Positions 28,459 to 38,718 of a stretch of 64,000 nt of DNA are shown here, in pieces. The position numbers and the translations under genes are program-made. Numbering within the stretch: the stretch's first letter is position 1; each line of letters begins with the position of its first letter. The stretch is from Myxococcales bacterium (GTDB lineage Bacteria > Myxococcota_A > Polyangia > Polyangiales > DASUME01). The stretch spans positions 2,176,001-2,240,000 of the forward strand of contig JASGJH010000001.1 of NCBI GenBank assembly GCA_047601445.1, read 5' to 3'. Below the pieces are notes generated by a model. It did no database searches, was not told the DNA's origin, and saw nothing but the letters and a program-made list of their open reading frames with translations.

Positions 28459-30276
28459 CTAGGCCTCGAGGGAGCGCAGCACCGCCGTGGGCGGAGAGTC
28501 CTTGTCGTGGGGCGTGCCCTCCGGCAGCGCCAGCGTGAACGTGGTGTTGCCTGGCTCGCTCTCCACGTCGATGGTGCCGCCGTGGTCCTGCACGATCTTG
28601 CGTACGATGGCGAGCCCGAGACCCGTGCCGCCCACCTTGCCGTAAGTGGCGAACGACTCGAAGAGGCGCCCGCGAATCTCCTCCGAGATACCCGGGCCGT
28701 CGTCCGTGACGCGGATCAACAGCGCCCCGTCCGAAGCCCGCCGCTCGGTGGAGAGCGTGAGCGTGCCAGGCTTGCCCCCGAGCGCCTCCGCAGCGTTGCG
28801 GGCCAGATTGTGAATGGCTCGCTGGAGCTTGTGCTGATCGAAGTGAGCGACGCCGCGGTCCTGCAGGTCGAGCTTCACCGTCATGCCACGAGCACGGAAT
28901 TCCTGGGCGAACTGCTCCTGCAGATCGCCGAAGAACTTGTGCAGGTACACCTTGCGCACCCACAGACTGCTCTCACCGCGCGCGAACGCCAGGGTCTCGC
29001 GGATGAGGGAGTTGATCACGCCCACCTGGCGCACCACACGGTCGGCCAAGTGTTGGCGCTTGGTCTCGTCGCGCTCGGAGACGAGCAGCTGCAAGGCTCC
29101 CGAGATCACCGTGATGGGGGTCTTGAGATCGTGCAACACGCCCGACAAGAGCTGACCAATCGTGCTCAAGCGCTCCTCGCGCTCACGCCGCTCTCTCGCG
29201 CGCGCTAGCCCGATGGCGCTCGAGACCTGCCCCGCGATCACCGCCGCGAGCTTGAGGTCGTCTTCGGTGAAGTCGGCTTCGCCCCGCGACTTGTTGAGGA
29301 GTTCGAGCGCACCCACGCCGTCTTCCCAGCGCAAGGGCACACACAGCACGCTGCGCGGGTGGTAGCCGATGTCGTTCTCGAGCTCGCGCGAGTGGCGCTT
29401 GTCCCGGTGCACGTCGTTGACGATCTGTGGCTCGCCGTTCGCGGCGACCCAGCCGCAGATGCCCTCGCCCGCCTTGATGCGCACGCGCTTGACGGCCTCG
29501 GGTGCCCCGCCCATCGCGCAGCGGAAGCGCAGGTCACCCGTGTGCTCGTCCGAGAGCAGGATGGACGCAGCCTCTGCGTCGATGGCCAGCATGGTGCGGC
29601 TGAGCACGCCCTCGAGCAGCTCGTCGAGCTTGCCCGCGTTGGCGGCCACATTGGCCATCTCCACCAGCACGTCGAGCTCACGAACCTTGCGCTCGAGTTG
29701 GTTCTTGGTCTCGAGCAGCTCCATGTTCTTGCCGACCACCGACAAGAAGAGCTTGGAGTTCTCCACGCAGACGGCAGCCTGGGACGCCAACGCGCTGAGC
29801 AGCGACTCGTCCTCCACCGTGAAGTAGCCGTCGCGCTTGTTGAGCACCTGGATCACGCCCAGCGTGCGTCCGTGGTGGTTCTTCATCGGCACGCACATGA
29901 TGGAGCGCGTGCGGTAGCCGGTCTGCTTGTCCCAGGCCGAGTCGAAGCGCGCGTCCAGGTAGGCATCCTTGATGTTGAGACTCTTGCCGCTCTGGGCGAC
30001 CCAGCCTGCCAGGCCGTCACCGATGCGCAGCCTGATCTCCACCACCTGCTCGCCCTGGGCTACCTTGGACCAGAGCTCGCCGGTTCCTTCATCGATCAAG
30101 TAGAGCGTGGAGCGGTCCGCATCGACCACCTGGGATACGCGATTGACCACCAAGGCGAGCAGCTCGTTGAGGTCGAGGGTCGACCCGAGCGCCACCCCGA
30201 TATCCTCGAGCGCGCGAACTTTGGCTCGCTCCTGCTCGAGCAACCCCCGGAGCAGCTCGACTTCGCTGGGCGCCAT
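28459..30276 (-). CDS. Cytoplasmic tandem-GAF sensor histidine kinase
   Basis: Two GAF domains (CVPMKN...VLNK; CVPL...LLNK), H-box VLHDLKTP, NLARNA, DDGPG, GTGLGL; no TM. Confidence 0.93.
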   Translation of the reverse strand: MAPSEVELLRGLLEQERAKVRALEDIGVALGSTLDLNELLALVVNRVSQVVDADRSTLYLIDEGTGELWSKVAQGEQVVEIRLRIGDGLAGWVAQSGKSLNIKDAYLDARFDSAWDKQTGYRTRSIMCVPMKNHHGRTLGVIQVLNKRDGYFTVEDESLLSALASQAAVCVENSKLFLSVVGKNMELLETKNQLERKVRELDVLVEMANVAANAGKLDELLEGVLSRTMLAIDAEAASILLSDEHTGDLRFRCAMGGAPEAVKRVRIKAGEGICGWVAANGEPQIVNDVHRDKRHSRELENDIGYHPRSVLCVPLRWEDGVGALELLNKSRGEADFTEDDLKLAAVIAGQVSSAIGLARARERREREERLSTIGQLLSGVLHDLKTPITVISGALQLLVSERDETKRQHLADRVVRQVGVINSLIRETLAFARGESSLWVRKVYLHKFFGDLQEQFAQEFRARGMTVKLDLQDRGVAHFDQHKLQRAIHNLARNAAEALGGKPGTLTLSTERRASDGALLIRVTDDGPGISEEIRGRLFESFATYGKVGGTGLGLAIVRKIVQDHGGTIDVESEPGNTTFTLALPEGTPHDKDSPPTAVLRSLEA

Positions 30277-30357
30277 CCTGCCCACACTCACTGACACCGA
30301 GCGAGTGTCCCACGTTCCGGGGCCGCCGCCAACCACCGAAAGCAGGGTGGACGCCGC

Positions 30358-31554
30358 TCAGTAGCCTTCGCGCATCTCAACTTTGTCACCGGGCGTAAGC
30401 TCTTGTAAGGCTTCGGTAATCAACGCAGTGCACGACTCCGGTCGCACGTAGATCACGCGCGCCTCGGCCACCACCTCCACGGGATACTCCTTCCCCTTGG
30501 GCGGGTTCACGGACGGGCGCTCGGAGCCGGTCAAGTCCTCCCGCAGCGTCAAGTTGTCTCGCCAGGCGTCCCCCTGGCGCACCACCGCGAAGCGATTGCC
30601 GACCTCGACGCCCTGCTTGCTGCCAGCGCCGATGAACACCACCTGGTTTTGCCCCAACGTACCGAGCGGACGCGTGGCCGCGACGATCTCGGACTTCACG
30701 GCGTGGGTGTTGGTCTTCGGCGCAACCTGAGCCAGGCTGCGCGGAGTGTCCGTGACCTCGAAGCCGCGCTCGATGGGGTCGTTGGCCTCGACGATCACCG
30801 CTCGCGCCATGCGCCTGTCTTCGTCGTAGCTCTTGACCTTGAGCACCCCGAGCACCCGCACCACCTCGCCGGAGTCGCGGTGATAGGTGCGCAGCCTGCC
30901 GGCCTTGGGCGTCACCTCGGCCTTGTGGTAGCGCACGAATACGCTGAGCTCCTGGCCAGGCTGAGGCGGCGTGTTCTTCTTGTCGAACGCGAGATACACC
31001 TCGTCGCTCGGAAACAGCATCATGTGGTCCTCGGAGGAACCGACGATTTTGCCGGAGCCGTCGAGTGCGTCTCGGTCGAGGTACACCTGATCGCCGAGTT
31101 GGACGGTGCCCTGCGGCAAGCGCGAGCGGTTGCCGAGAAAGCCCTTGGGACGCAGCACACCGGCCGGCGTGCCGGCGACCGCTTGCTCGCCCGTGCTGAA
31201 GCCACCCTGGGCCCCCTCGCGCAGGCGCAGCACGTGACCCGGGTAAATCCAGTGCGGATTCGTGATCTCCGGGTTGTACGACCACAGGCGTGGCCACTCC
31301 CAGGACGACCTGTAGTAGCGATTGGAGAGATCCCAGAGCGTGTCGCCGGACACCACCGAGTGCGTGTCCGCGCCAGGCATCTGCGACGTCACGAGATCAT
31401 CGGCGGCTACGTGACCGAAGCCCACGGCGGCGCTCACGGCTGAACTCAGGGCCATCCAGGTGAGGCGCCGCTTGAGCCCACGCGCGCTGCACTCACGGCG
31501 CGCCGCTCGCAGCACGTCATGACGGACTCGAGCCAACCTAGTCTTGGGAAGCAT
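30358..31554 (-). CDS. LysM peptidoglycan-binding protein (TsaP-like)
   Basis: HSVVSGDTLWDLS...WPRLWSYNPEITNPHWIYPG; beta-rich C-terminus (VVFIGAGSKQGVEVG); TGATG coupling to the upstream gene. Confidence 0.85.
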   Translation of the reverse strand: MLPKTRLARVRHDVLRAARRECSARGLKRRLTWMALSSAVSAAVGFGHVAADDLVTSQMPGADTHSVVSGDTLWDLSNRYYRSSWEWPRLWSYNPEITNPHWIYPGHVLRLREGAQGGFSTGEQAVAGTPAGVLRPKGFLGNRSRLPQGTVQLGDQVYLDRDALDGSGKIVGSSEDHMMLFPSDEVYLAFDKKNTPPQPGQELSVFVRYHKAEVTPKAGRLRTYHRDSGEVVRVLGVLKVKSYDEDRRMARAVIVEANDPIERGFEVTDTPRSLAQVAPKTNTHAVKSEIVAATRPLGTLGQNQVVFIGAGSKQGVEVGNRFAVVRQGDAWRDNLTLREDLTGSERPSVNPPKGKEYPVEVVAEARVIYVRPESCTALITEALQELTPGDKVEMREGY

Positions 31555-32504
31555 CAGGCGTCCTCCTCACTCAACAGGCGCGCAGCTGCGCTCTCGGGGA
31601 ACTGGGTGCGGAGTCGTTGCATCGCTTCCTGAGCGCGCTCCGAAGCTCCGAGGTGACGGTGGCAGAGGCCGAGTTTGAGCAGCGCGTCGGGCGCCTTCTC
31701 ACCGTGAGGTTCGCGCGAGAGCGAGCCCTGGTAAGCGGACAACGCCGCGCCGTATTCGCGCTGGGCGAACAGGACCTCGCCGCGCCAGAACATGGCCTTC
31801 GCGGCGCGAGCATCGGCCGTGAAGTGGGTGAGGAACTCGTCGAGAGTGCGCAGGGCCTGCGGGAAGTCCCGCTGGCGCACGAGATCGATGGCGCGCCGGT
31901 AGAGCTCCCCCGGATCGGGTGCGGGACTCGCCTGGACTTGCGCCACGCTCCCGAGGCTGGGCACGGGAGCCACGGGCAAGCGCTCGGACACCTGCGGCAC
32001 CGGCATCAGGGGTGCTCGCACAGGGGCCGAGCTGAAGGCAGGCGAGTCGCCTTCGTCGCTGGCCGCCAAGGGTGCGGCTCGGGACGAGTGCTCCTCGTAG
32101 AGGCGGAGCATGGGCCGCTGTTCCTCGCGTGGGGCGTCCGCGTGGCTGCGCGACGGGCGCGAGTGTCCGCCGCTCTTGCTCGCGGCAGACGAGGCCTCAC
32201 GCTCGCCGATGGTCACGCTCTCGCGAACGGGCTCGCGGGCGCCTTCCGCCACCGCATAGCGGAGTTCGCGTTGGGACGCTTCGAGCAGGGAGAGCCGGCT
32301 CTCGAGCTGATTCAAGCGGCGATCGCGTTCGGCCAGCTGGGCCCTGAGGTTGGCGAGTTCGGTTTGGTCCGTCGTGGACACTCCCGCGGCCTCGACCCGG
32401 GCCGCGCGCCCGGCACAGCTGCTGCCGAGACACAGCAACGCCAGTAGGCCGGCCGCACCGCGTGCCCGTCGTCCGCCACGCTGAAAGCTTCGGCCTTGCA
32501 ACAC
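31554..32504 (-). CDS. cpoB: Tol-Pal associated TPR lipoprotein (YbgF/CpoB-like)
   Basis: GTG at 32504 after GGAGGA; lipobox-like LGSSC; coiled coil; TPRs AMFWRGE...KAPDALLKLG...FPESAAA. Confidence 0.78.
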   Translation of the reverse strand: MLQGRSFQRGGRRARGAAGLLALLCLGSSCAGRAARVEAAGVSTTDQTELANLRAQLAERDRRLNQLESRLSLLEASQRELRYAVAEGAREPVRESVTIGEREASSAASKSGGHSRPSRSHADAPREEQRPMLRLYEEHSSRAAPLAASDEGDSPAFSSAPVRAPLMPVPQVSERLPVAPVPSLGSVAQVQASPAPDPGELYRRAIDLVRQRDFPQALRTLDEFLTHFTADARAAKAMFWRGEVLFAQREYGAALSAYQGSLSREPHGEKAPDALLKLGLCHRHLGASERAQEAMQRLRTQFPESAAARLLSEEDA

Positions 32505-32617
32505 TTTGCGACGCTCCTCCAGAAACCAAAACAGGCGACGGTTCGGGCGTGGAACCCGAGACTCGGCCGATTGGAATCGTAGGGAGCCGCTCGCTTCGAG
32601 GTCAAATAAGGCTCTGC

Positions 32618-32896
32618 TTACGGGGACGGTCCTGGTGGCGGATCGCACAGCGCCTCGAGACATCCCTCGTCGAGCAGGTCCCGGATCAGCTCATCGAGCT
32701 GGCTCGTAAGCCCCGCTGGCGCCAGCAGAAAGACCTCGTCCGAGCCATGGCTGTCTTGGCTGACGTGCATGAAGGCCAGGCCGTCGTGTGCCTCGAGCAC
32801 ATAGCGTAGCCACGCCACGTTCTCGGGTTTCACTCGTGCGCGCCGCTCGACCAGCCCCTCCCCTCGCGGCGAGAACTCTGGGCTGGCTGCGCTCAT
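32618..32896 (-). CDS. Small conserved protein (DUF4911-like)
   Basis: ATGA overlap with the accA stop; VAWLRYVLEAHDGLA motif. Confidence 0.68.
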   Translation of the reverse strand: MSAASPEFSPRGEGLVERRARVKPENVAWLRYVLEAHDGLAFMHVSQDSHGSDEVFLLAPAGLTSQLDELIRDLLDEGCLEALCDPPPGPSP

Positions 32897-33840
32897 TCCA
32901 CGAACTGTCCCAGCGCGCGGAACTTCCGATAGCGCTGTTCCCGGAGTTCGGCCGGCGACAGCCTGCCCAGCTCCGCCAGGGCGCTCCTGAGCGCGCCGCG
33001 CACCTCGTTGGCCGTGCGGTCGTAGTCCCGGTGTGCGCCGCCCAGGGGCTCATCGAGCACGCCGTCGACCACGCCGAGTTGATGTACGTCACGCGCCAGC
33101 AGCTTGAGCTGCTCGGCCGCGTCCGGCGCACGCGTTCCGTCACGCCACAGGATGGAGGCGCAGCCCTCGGGTGTGATCACGCTGTACGTGGCGTTCTCGA
33201 GCATGAACACCTTGTTCGCCACGCCGAGACCGAGTGCGCCGCCCGAGCCGCCCTCGCCGATCACCGTCGCCACGACGGGCACCGTGAGCCGCGAAAGGAC
33301 CAACAGGGCATCGCCGATGGCCTCACTCTGGCCGCGCTCCTCCGCGCCGAGTCCTGGGTAAGCACCGGGCGTATCGATGAACGTGATCACCGGCCGCTGG
33401 AAGCGCTCGGCGAGCTCCATGATGCGGCAGGCTTTGCGGTACCCCTCGGGGTGCGCCATGCCGAAATTGCGCTGGAGCTTCTGCTTGGTGGTGCGGCCCT
33501 TCTGCTGGCCGATCACGGCCACGGAGCGGCCCTCGAAGCGCGCGAAGCCCGCCACCACGGCCGGGTCGTCGGCGAAGGCGCGGTCGCCGTGCAGCTCCAC
33601 GAAGTCGTCGAAGATGCGCTCGAGGTAGTCCAGGAAGTAGGGGCGATCCGGATGGCGGCTGAGCTGCACGCGCTGCCAGATGGTGAGCTCGCCGTAGATC
33701 TCGCGCGAGAGTCGCTCGGAGCGCTCCTCGAGCTTCTTGAGCTCTTTGTCCACGCGGCCGCCCCCGTCGGAGAGGGTCTTGAGCTCACGCAGACGAGCTT
33801 CCAGTTCGACCAGCGGCTGTTCAAAATCCAGGTGCGCCAT
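32893..33840 (-). CDS. accA: Acetyl-CoA carboxylase carboxyltransferase alpha subunit
   Basis: LDFEQPL, RHPDRP, ELHGDR, RNFGMAHPEGYRKA, DTPGAYPGLGAEERGQ, GEGGSGGA. Confidence 0.97.
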   Translation of the reverse strand: MAHLDFEQPLVELEARLRELKTLSDGGGRVDKELKKLEERSERLSREIYGELTIWQRVQLSRHPDRPYFLDYLERIFDDFVELHGDRAFADDPAVVAGFARFEGRSVAVIGQQKGRTTKQKLQRNFGMAHPEGYRKACRIMELAERFQRPVITFIDTPGAYPGLGAEERGQSEAIGDALLVLSRLTVPVVATVIGEGGSGGALGLGVANKVFMLENATYSVITPEGCASILWRDGTRAPDAAEQLKLLARDVHQLGVVDGVLDEPLGGAHRDYDRTANEVRGALRSALAELGRLSPAELREQRYRKFRALGQFVE

Positions 33841-33974
33841 TTTGCGCAGGGTTTAACGCGCGGCCCGCGCCGAGTCCAAGCACTCGTGGGCAAACCGACC
33901 TGGCTTGGATCGCGGCCCACGTGCGCCGAGAGACGGCGGCGGGCGCGGACAACCGCGGCTCGCCCGCTGAGCGA

Positions 33975-34026
33975 CTTGGTGAACGGAGCGAACCTCGCGG
34001 AAGGGCGGGGTCCGACGCGCCTTTGC
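33975..34026 (-). repeat. Dispersed 52-bp intergenic element, copy 1
   Basis: Matches the reverse complement of 56780-56831 at 41 of 52 positions without gaps (counted by hand). Confidence 0.65.
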
Positions 34027-34111
34027 AGCGGGCAGGAAGGTCGCGTGACCACGCGGTGCAAAAACCGTTAACTCGGAGAAAAGTAGCCGGTTGAGCGGGC
34101 GGTCAGACGAC

Positions 34112-35875
34112 CTACGGGCGCCCGATGCGTGGGCCGCCCTTTTCGCCGATCACCGCGTAGATGCGCAGCGGGCGGGACTTACCCTTGAGCGGAATCGGCG
34201 GCTGCTCCTGTAGGTCGAACAGGCCGTTGAGGTGCTTCTCGGTGTCCTCACTCACCAGAATCTGCCCCGCCTGGGCGGCCGAGCAAAGGCGTGCACCCGT
34301 ATTCACCGAGTCGCCGATCACGGTGTACTCGAGGGCCTTGCTGGAGCCGAGGTAGCCCGCGACCACCTCACCGGTGTTGATGCCGATGCCGATGACCACC
34401 GGGACCTTGCCCTTGGCGGCGCGCTCGGCGTTCCAGTCGTTCAGCACATTCAACATCTCGAGCGCGGTGCGCACGGCGCGGATGGGATCGTCGGCGTGGG
34501 TCACGGGCGAGCCGTAGAGCGCCATGATCTCGTCGCCCACGAACTTGTCGAGCGTGCCCTCGTAGCGGAATACGATGTCGACCATCAGCTCGAAGTACTC
34601 GTTGAGCATGTCGACGATCTCTTGGGCGTTGCGCGACTCACTCATGCTGGTGAAGCCGCGGATGTCGCTGAAGAGCACCGTGGTCTGGCGCTGCTCGCCG
34701 CCCTTGGCGACCTCGACCTTACCCGCGATGACCTGCTCGGCGATGGCCGGCGAGAGCAAGCGCTGGAAGCGATCGCGCGTGAGGGCTTCTTGCTGGAGTT
34801 TCTTGGCGTACAGGCTGTTCTGGATGGCGACCGCGGCCTGGTTGGCGACGTTCTGGAACAGCTGCAGGTCCTTCTCCTGGAACGCGTTGGCGGCGATCGA
34901 GGAGTCGAGCAGCATGATGCCGAACAGCTCGCTGCCGTAGATCAACGGCACCGCCATGCTCGAGCGAATGCCCTGCATGATGATCGAGTGCGCGCCCGAG
35001 AAGCGAGAGTCCACCGACGCATCGCTCGAGAGCACCGCGGCCTTGTCGCGCAGCACCTCGTTGATGATGGTGGTGGAGAGGACGACCTGCTCGTCCTGGG
35101 CACTCTTGCGCTTGTTGCGCACGCAGCGCGGCGCGAGCTCGCCATTGTCGTTGTACATCAGCACCACGCCGCGGTCGGCGGGCAACAGATCGAAGGCGCG
35201 ATCGAGGATTTTGGTGAGCAGGGTGTCGATGTCGAGCTCGACGCCGATGGCCCTGGAGAGGTCGTAGCTGATGCGCAGCTTTTCGTAGTCGCGGCGTAGC
35301 TGGGCCACGTCCTGGATGAGGCCCTCCGGCAAGAAGCTCTGCTCGGCGAGTGGCGCGAGCTTGGTGCGGATGTGGCTCTCCACCATGCCGGGGGCGATGG
35401 TGACCTTGGACATGTCCCGCCCGGGTGTGGGCGGAGTCGCGGGCGCAGGTGCCGCCGCGGCGGGCGTACGCGGGATGGGCGCAGTGACCGCACCCGCCGG
35501 GGACGGGCTCAGCGAGACCGCACCAACGGCACCAGGCACTGCCGGGTTGGACACACGCGGCTGGGGCACCGTGGGCGCGGACTCACGGGGATAGTCGGCG
35601 TACATCAAGATGCGGGTAGCGCCGAGAGTGATTTCGTCCCCCGTAAAGAGGGGCTTCTCATGCACCCGCTCCCCGTTCACGTAGGTGCCGTTCAAGGACC
35701 CCAAGTCCCGCAAGAGGAACCGGCCATTCACCAGATCGATGTGGCAGTGCTCTTTGGAGACGATGCGATCCAGCACCTGCACCGTGTTGTTCGGGTGCCG
35801 TCCGATGCTGTTGTGGGCAAGAAGGACTGCTTCCTTCTCGCCCTCCGGGCTGATTACCTTTATGCGCCCACCCAT
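34112..35875 (-). CDS. FHA-GAF class III adenylate cyclase
   Basis: FHA IGRHPNN...VSKEH...DLGSLNGTYVNG; GAF; catalytic LFSDIRGFT, DKFVGD, YTVIGDSVNTGARL (K/T pair indicates ATP specificity). Confidence 0.94.
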   Translation of the reverse strand: MGGRIKVISPEGEKEAVLLAHNSIGRHPNNTVQVLDRIVSKEHCHIDLVNGRFLLRDLGSLNGTYVNGERVHEKPLFTGDEITLGATRILMYADYPRESAPTVPQPRVSNPAVPGAVGAVSLSPSPAGAVTAPIPRTPAAAAPAPATPPTPGRDMSKVTIAPGMVESHIRTKLAPLAEQSFLPEGLIQDVAQLRRDYEKLRISYDLSRAIGVELDIDTLLTKILDRAFDLLPADRGVVLMYNDNGELAPRCVRNKRKSAQDEQVVLSTTIINEVLRDKAAVLSSDASVDSRFSGAHSIIMQGIRSSMAVPLIYGSELFGIMLLDSSIAANAFQEKDLQLFQNVANQAAVAIQNSLYAKKLQQEALTRDRFQRLLSPAIAEQVIAGKVEVAKGGEQRQTTVLFSDIRGFTSMSESRNAQEIVDMLNEYFELMVDIVFRYEGTLDKFVGDEIMALYGSPVTHADDPIRAVRTALEMLNVLNDWNAERAAKGKVPVVIGIGINTGEVVAGYLGSSKALEYTVIGDSVNTGARLCSAAQAGQILVSEDTEKHLNGLFDLQEQPPIPLKGKSRPLRIYAVIGEKGGPRIGRP

Positions 35876-36047
35876 GCCGATCCGCAGAAGATGCTAACGA
35901 CCTCGGCCATTTGAGTAAAGACTCGTGAGCATAGGAAACGAAACTCATGGCCCACCGAGTGGCCTTCGAGCACAGGGTGTCGCCCTTCTCATTTGCGGTC
36001 TGGCGCGCTTACTGCTAGGGTCCGCCCCCTTTTCTGAGGAGACCGAT

Positions 36048-36299
36048 ATGGCGCGCGTAACAGTCGAAGATTGCCTCGAGCGAGACGAAAACCGTTTTGC
36101 GTTGGTGATCTTGGCAGCCCGGCGCACGCGACAGCTCATGAAGGGCTCGCAGCTCCTGGTGGGCAGTAAGAACCGCGCGGCCGTCACGGCCCTGCGCGAG
36201 ATCGCGGCGGGTAAGGTCAAGTTCTCCCGCGCCCCGGGCGACACGGTCCGCGAGTATATTGCGGAGCAGAAGGCCGCCGACACCGCCCGCAACGGCTGA
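36048..36299 (+). CDS. rpoZ: RNA polymerase omega subunit
   Basis: MARVTVEDCL...NRFALV...ALREIAAG; GAGGAG RBS. Confidence 0.95.
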   Translation: MARVTVEDCLERDENRFALVILAARRTRQLMKGSQLLVGSKNRAAVTALREIAAGKVKFSRAPGDTVREYIAEQKAADTARNG

Positions 36300-36480
36300 C
36301 CGCCGACTTGCGGCCCCCCCCGACCCTGGCCCCGCGTATCCGTACGCACGCCGGGGTTTTGGCGTTTCGGGGGAGCACCGAGCGGAACCGGGCGAGGTCG
36401 TGCGGTCTCGCGGGTGAGCTCGGCTAGGGCCCAGTGCCGCGTGGCTCACAAAAGCCTCCAACTTTCCCTGCGGCCCCCCG

Positions 36481-36508
36481 TTGACTCCCTGAGACCCAAC
36501 GTTATCTT
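36481..36508 (+). promoter_or_regulatory. Sigma70-type promoter of groESL
   Basis: TTGACT-N16-TATCTT immediately upstream of the CIRCE element. Confidence 0.65.
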
Positions 36509-36518
36509 GCGCCGGCTG

Positions 36519-36545
36519 TTAGCAGTCACCTTGGGTGAGTGCTAA
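36519..36545. promoter_or_regulatory. CIRCE element (HrcA operator)
   Basis: TTAGCAGTC-N9-GAGTGCTAA, one mismatch to the TTAGCACTC-N9-GAGTGCTAA consensus. Confidence 0.93.
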
Positions 36546-36659
36546 CCGCGCTGGCTCACGAGGGACCGGCTGTAGGAGCCGGTCGCACCCAGCCCGAGAG
36601 GTTGGCCTGGAGCGGCTGGCACACGGCCCCTCGCTGCGTTTCTAACTGGAGGAGAACAC

Positions 36660-36953
36660 ATGTCTATTCGACCCCTGCACGACCGCGTCCTCATCAAGCG
36701 CGTAGAAGAAGAGCAGAAGACCAAGGGCGGCATCATCATCCCCGACACCGCCAAGGAAAAGCCTGCTGAGGGCAAGGTTGTCGCCGTGGGCACCGGCCGC
36801 GTTCAGGAAGACGGCAAGGTCCGCGCGCTCGACGTCAAGAAGGGCGATCGCGTGCTGTTCGGCAAGTACAGCGGCACCGAGGTCAAGGTCGACGGCGAAG
36901 AGCTCATCATCATGCGCGAGGACGACATCCTCTGCGTGATCGAAGGCAAGTGA
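36660..36953 (+). CDS. groES: Co-chaperonin GroES
   Basis: [35 protein letters not shown]. Confidence 0.98.
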   Translation: MSIRPLHDRVLIKRVEEEQKTKGGIIIPDTAKEKPAEGKVVAVGTGRVQEDGKVRALDVKKGDRVLFGKYSGTEVKVDGEELIIMREDDILCVIEGK

Positions 36954-36958
36954 GGTAA

Positions 36959-38599
<1,641 letters not shown>

Positions 38600-38624
38600 T
38601 CGAGTCCGCAGCTGCTGAAACGTG

Positions 38625-38658
38625 AAAGGGCGACCCGATGGGTCGCCCTTTTGCTTTT
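38625..38658 (+). terminator. Rho-independent terminator after groEL
   Basis: AAAGGGCGACCC-GAT-GGGTCGCCCTTT followed by TGCTTTT. Confidence 0.88.
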
Positions 38659-38718
38659 GGAGTTAGCGGCGGCCTCTCGAGGTCGCTTTTCGCGCAGGAA
38701 CCGAAGGGCCTCCCTCCC

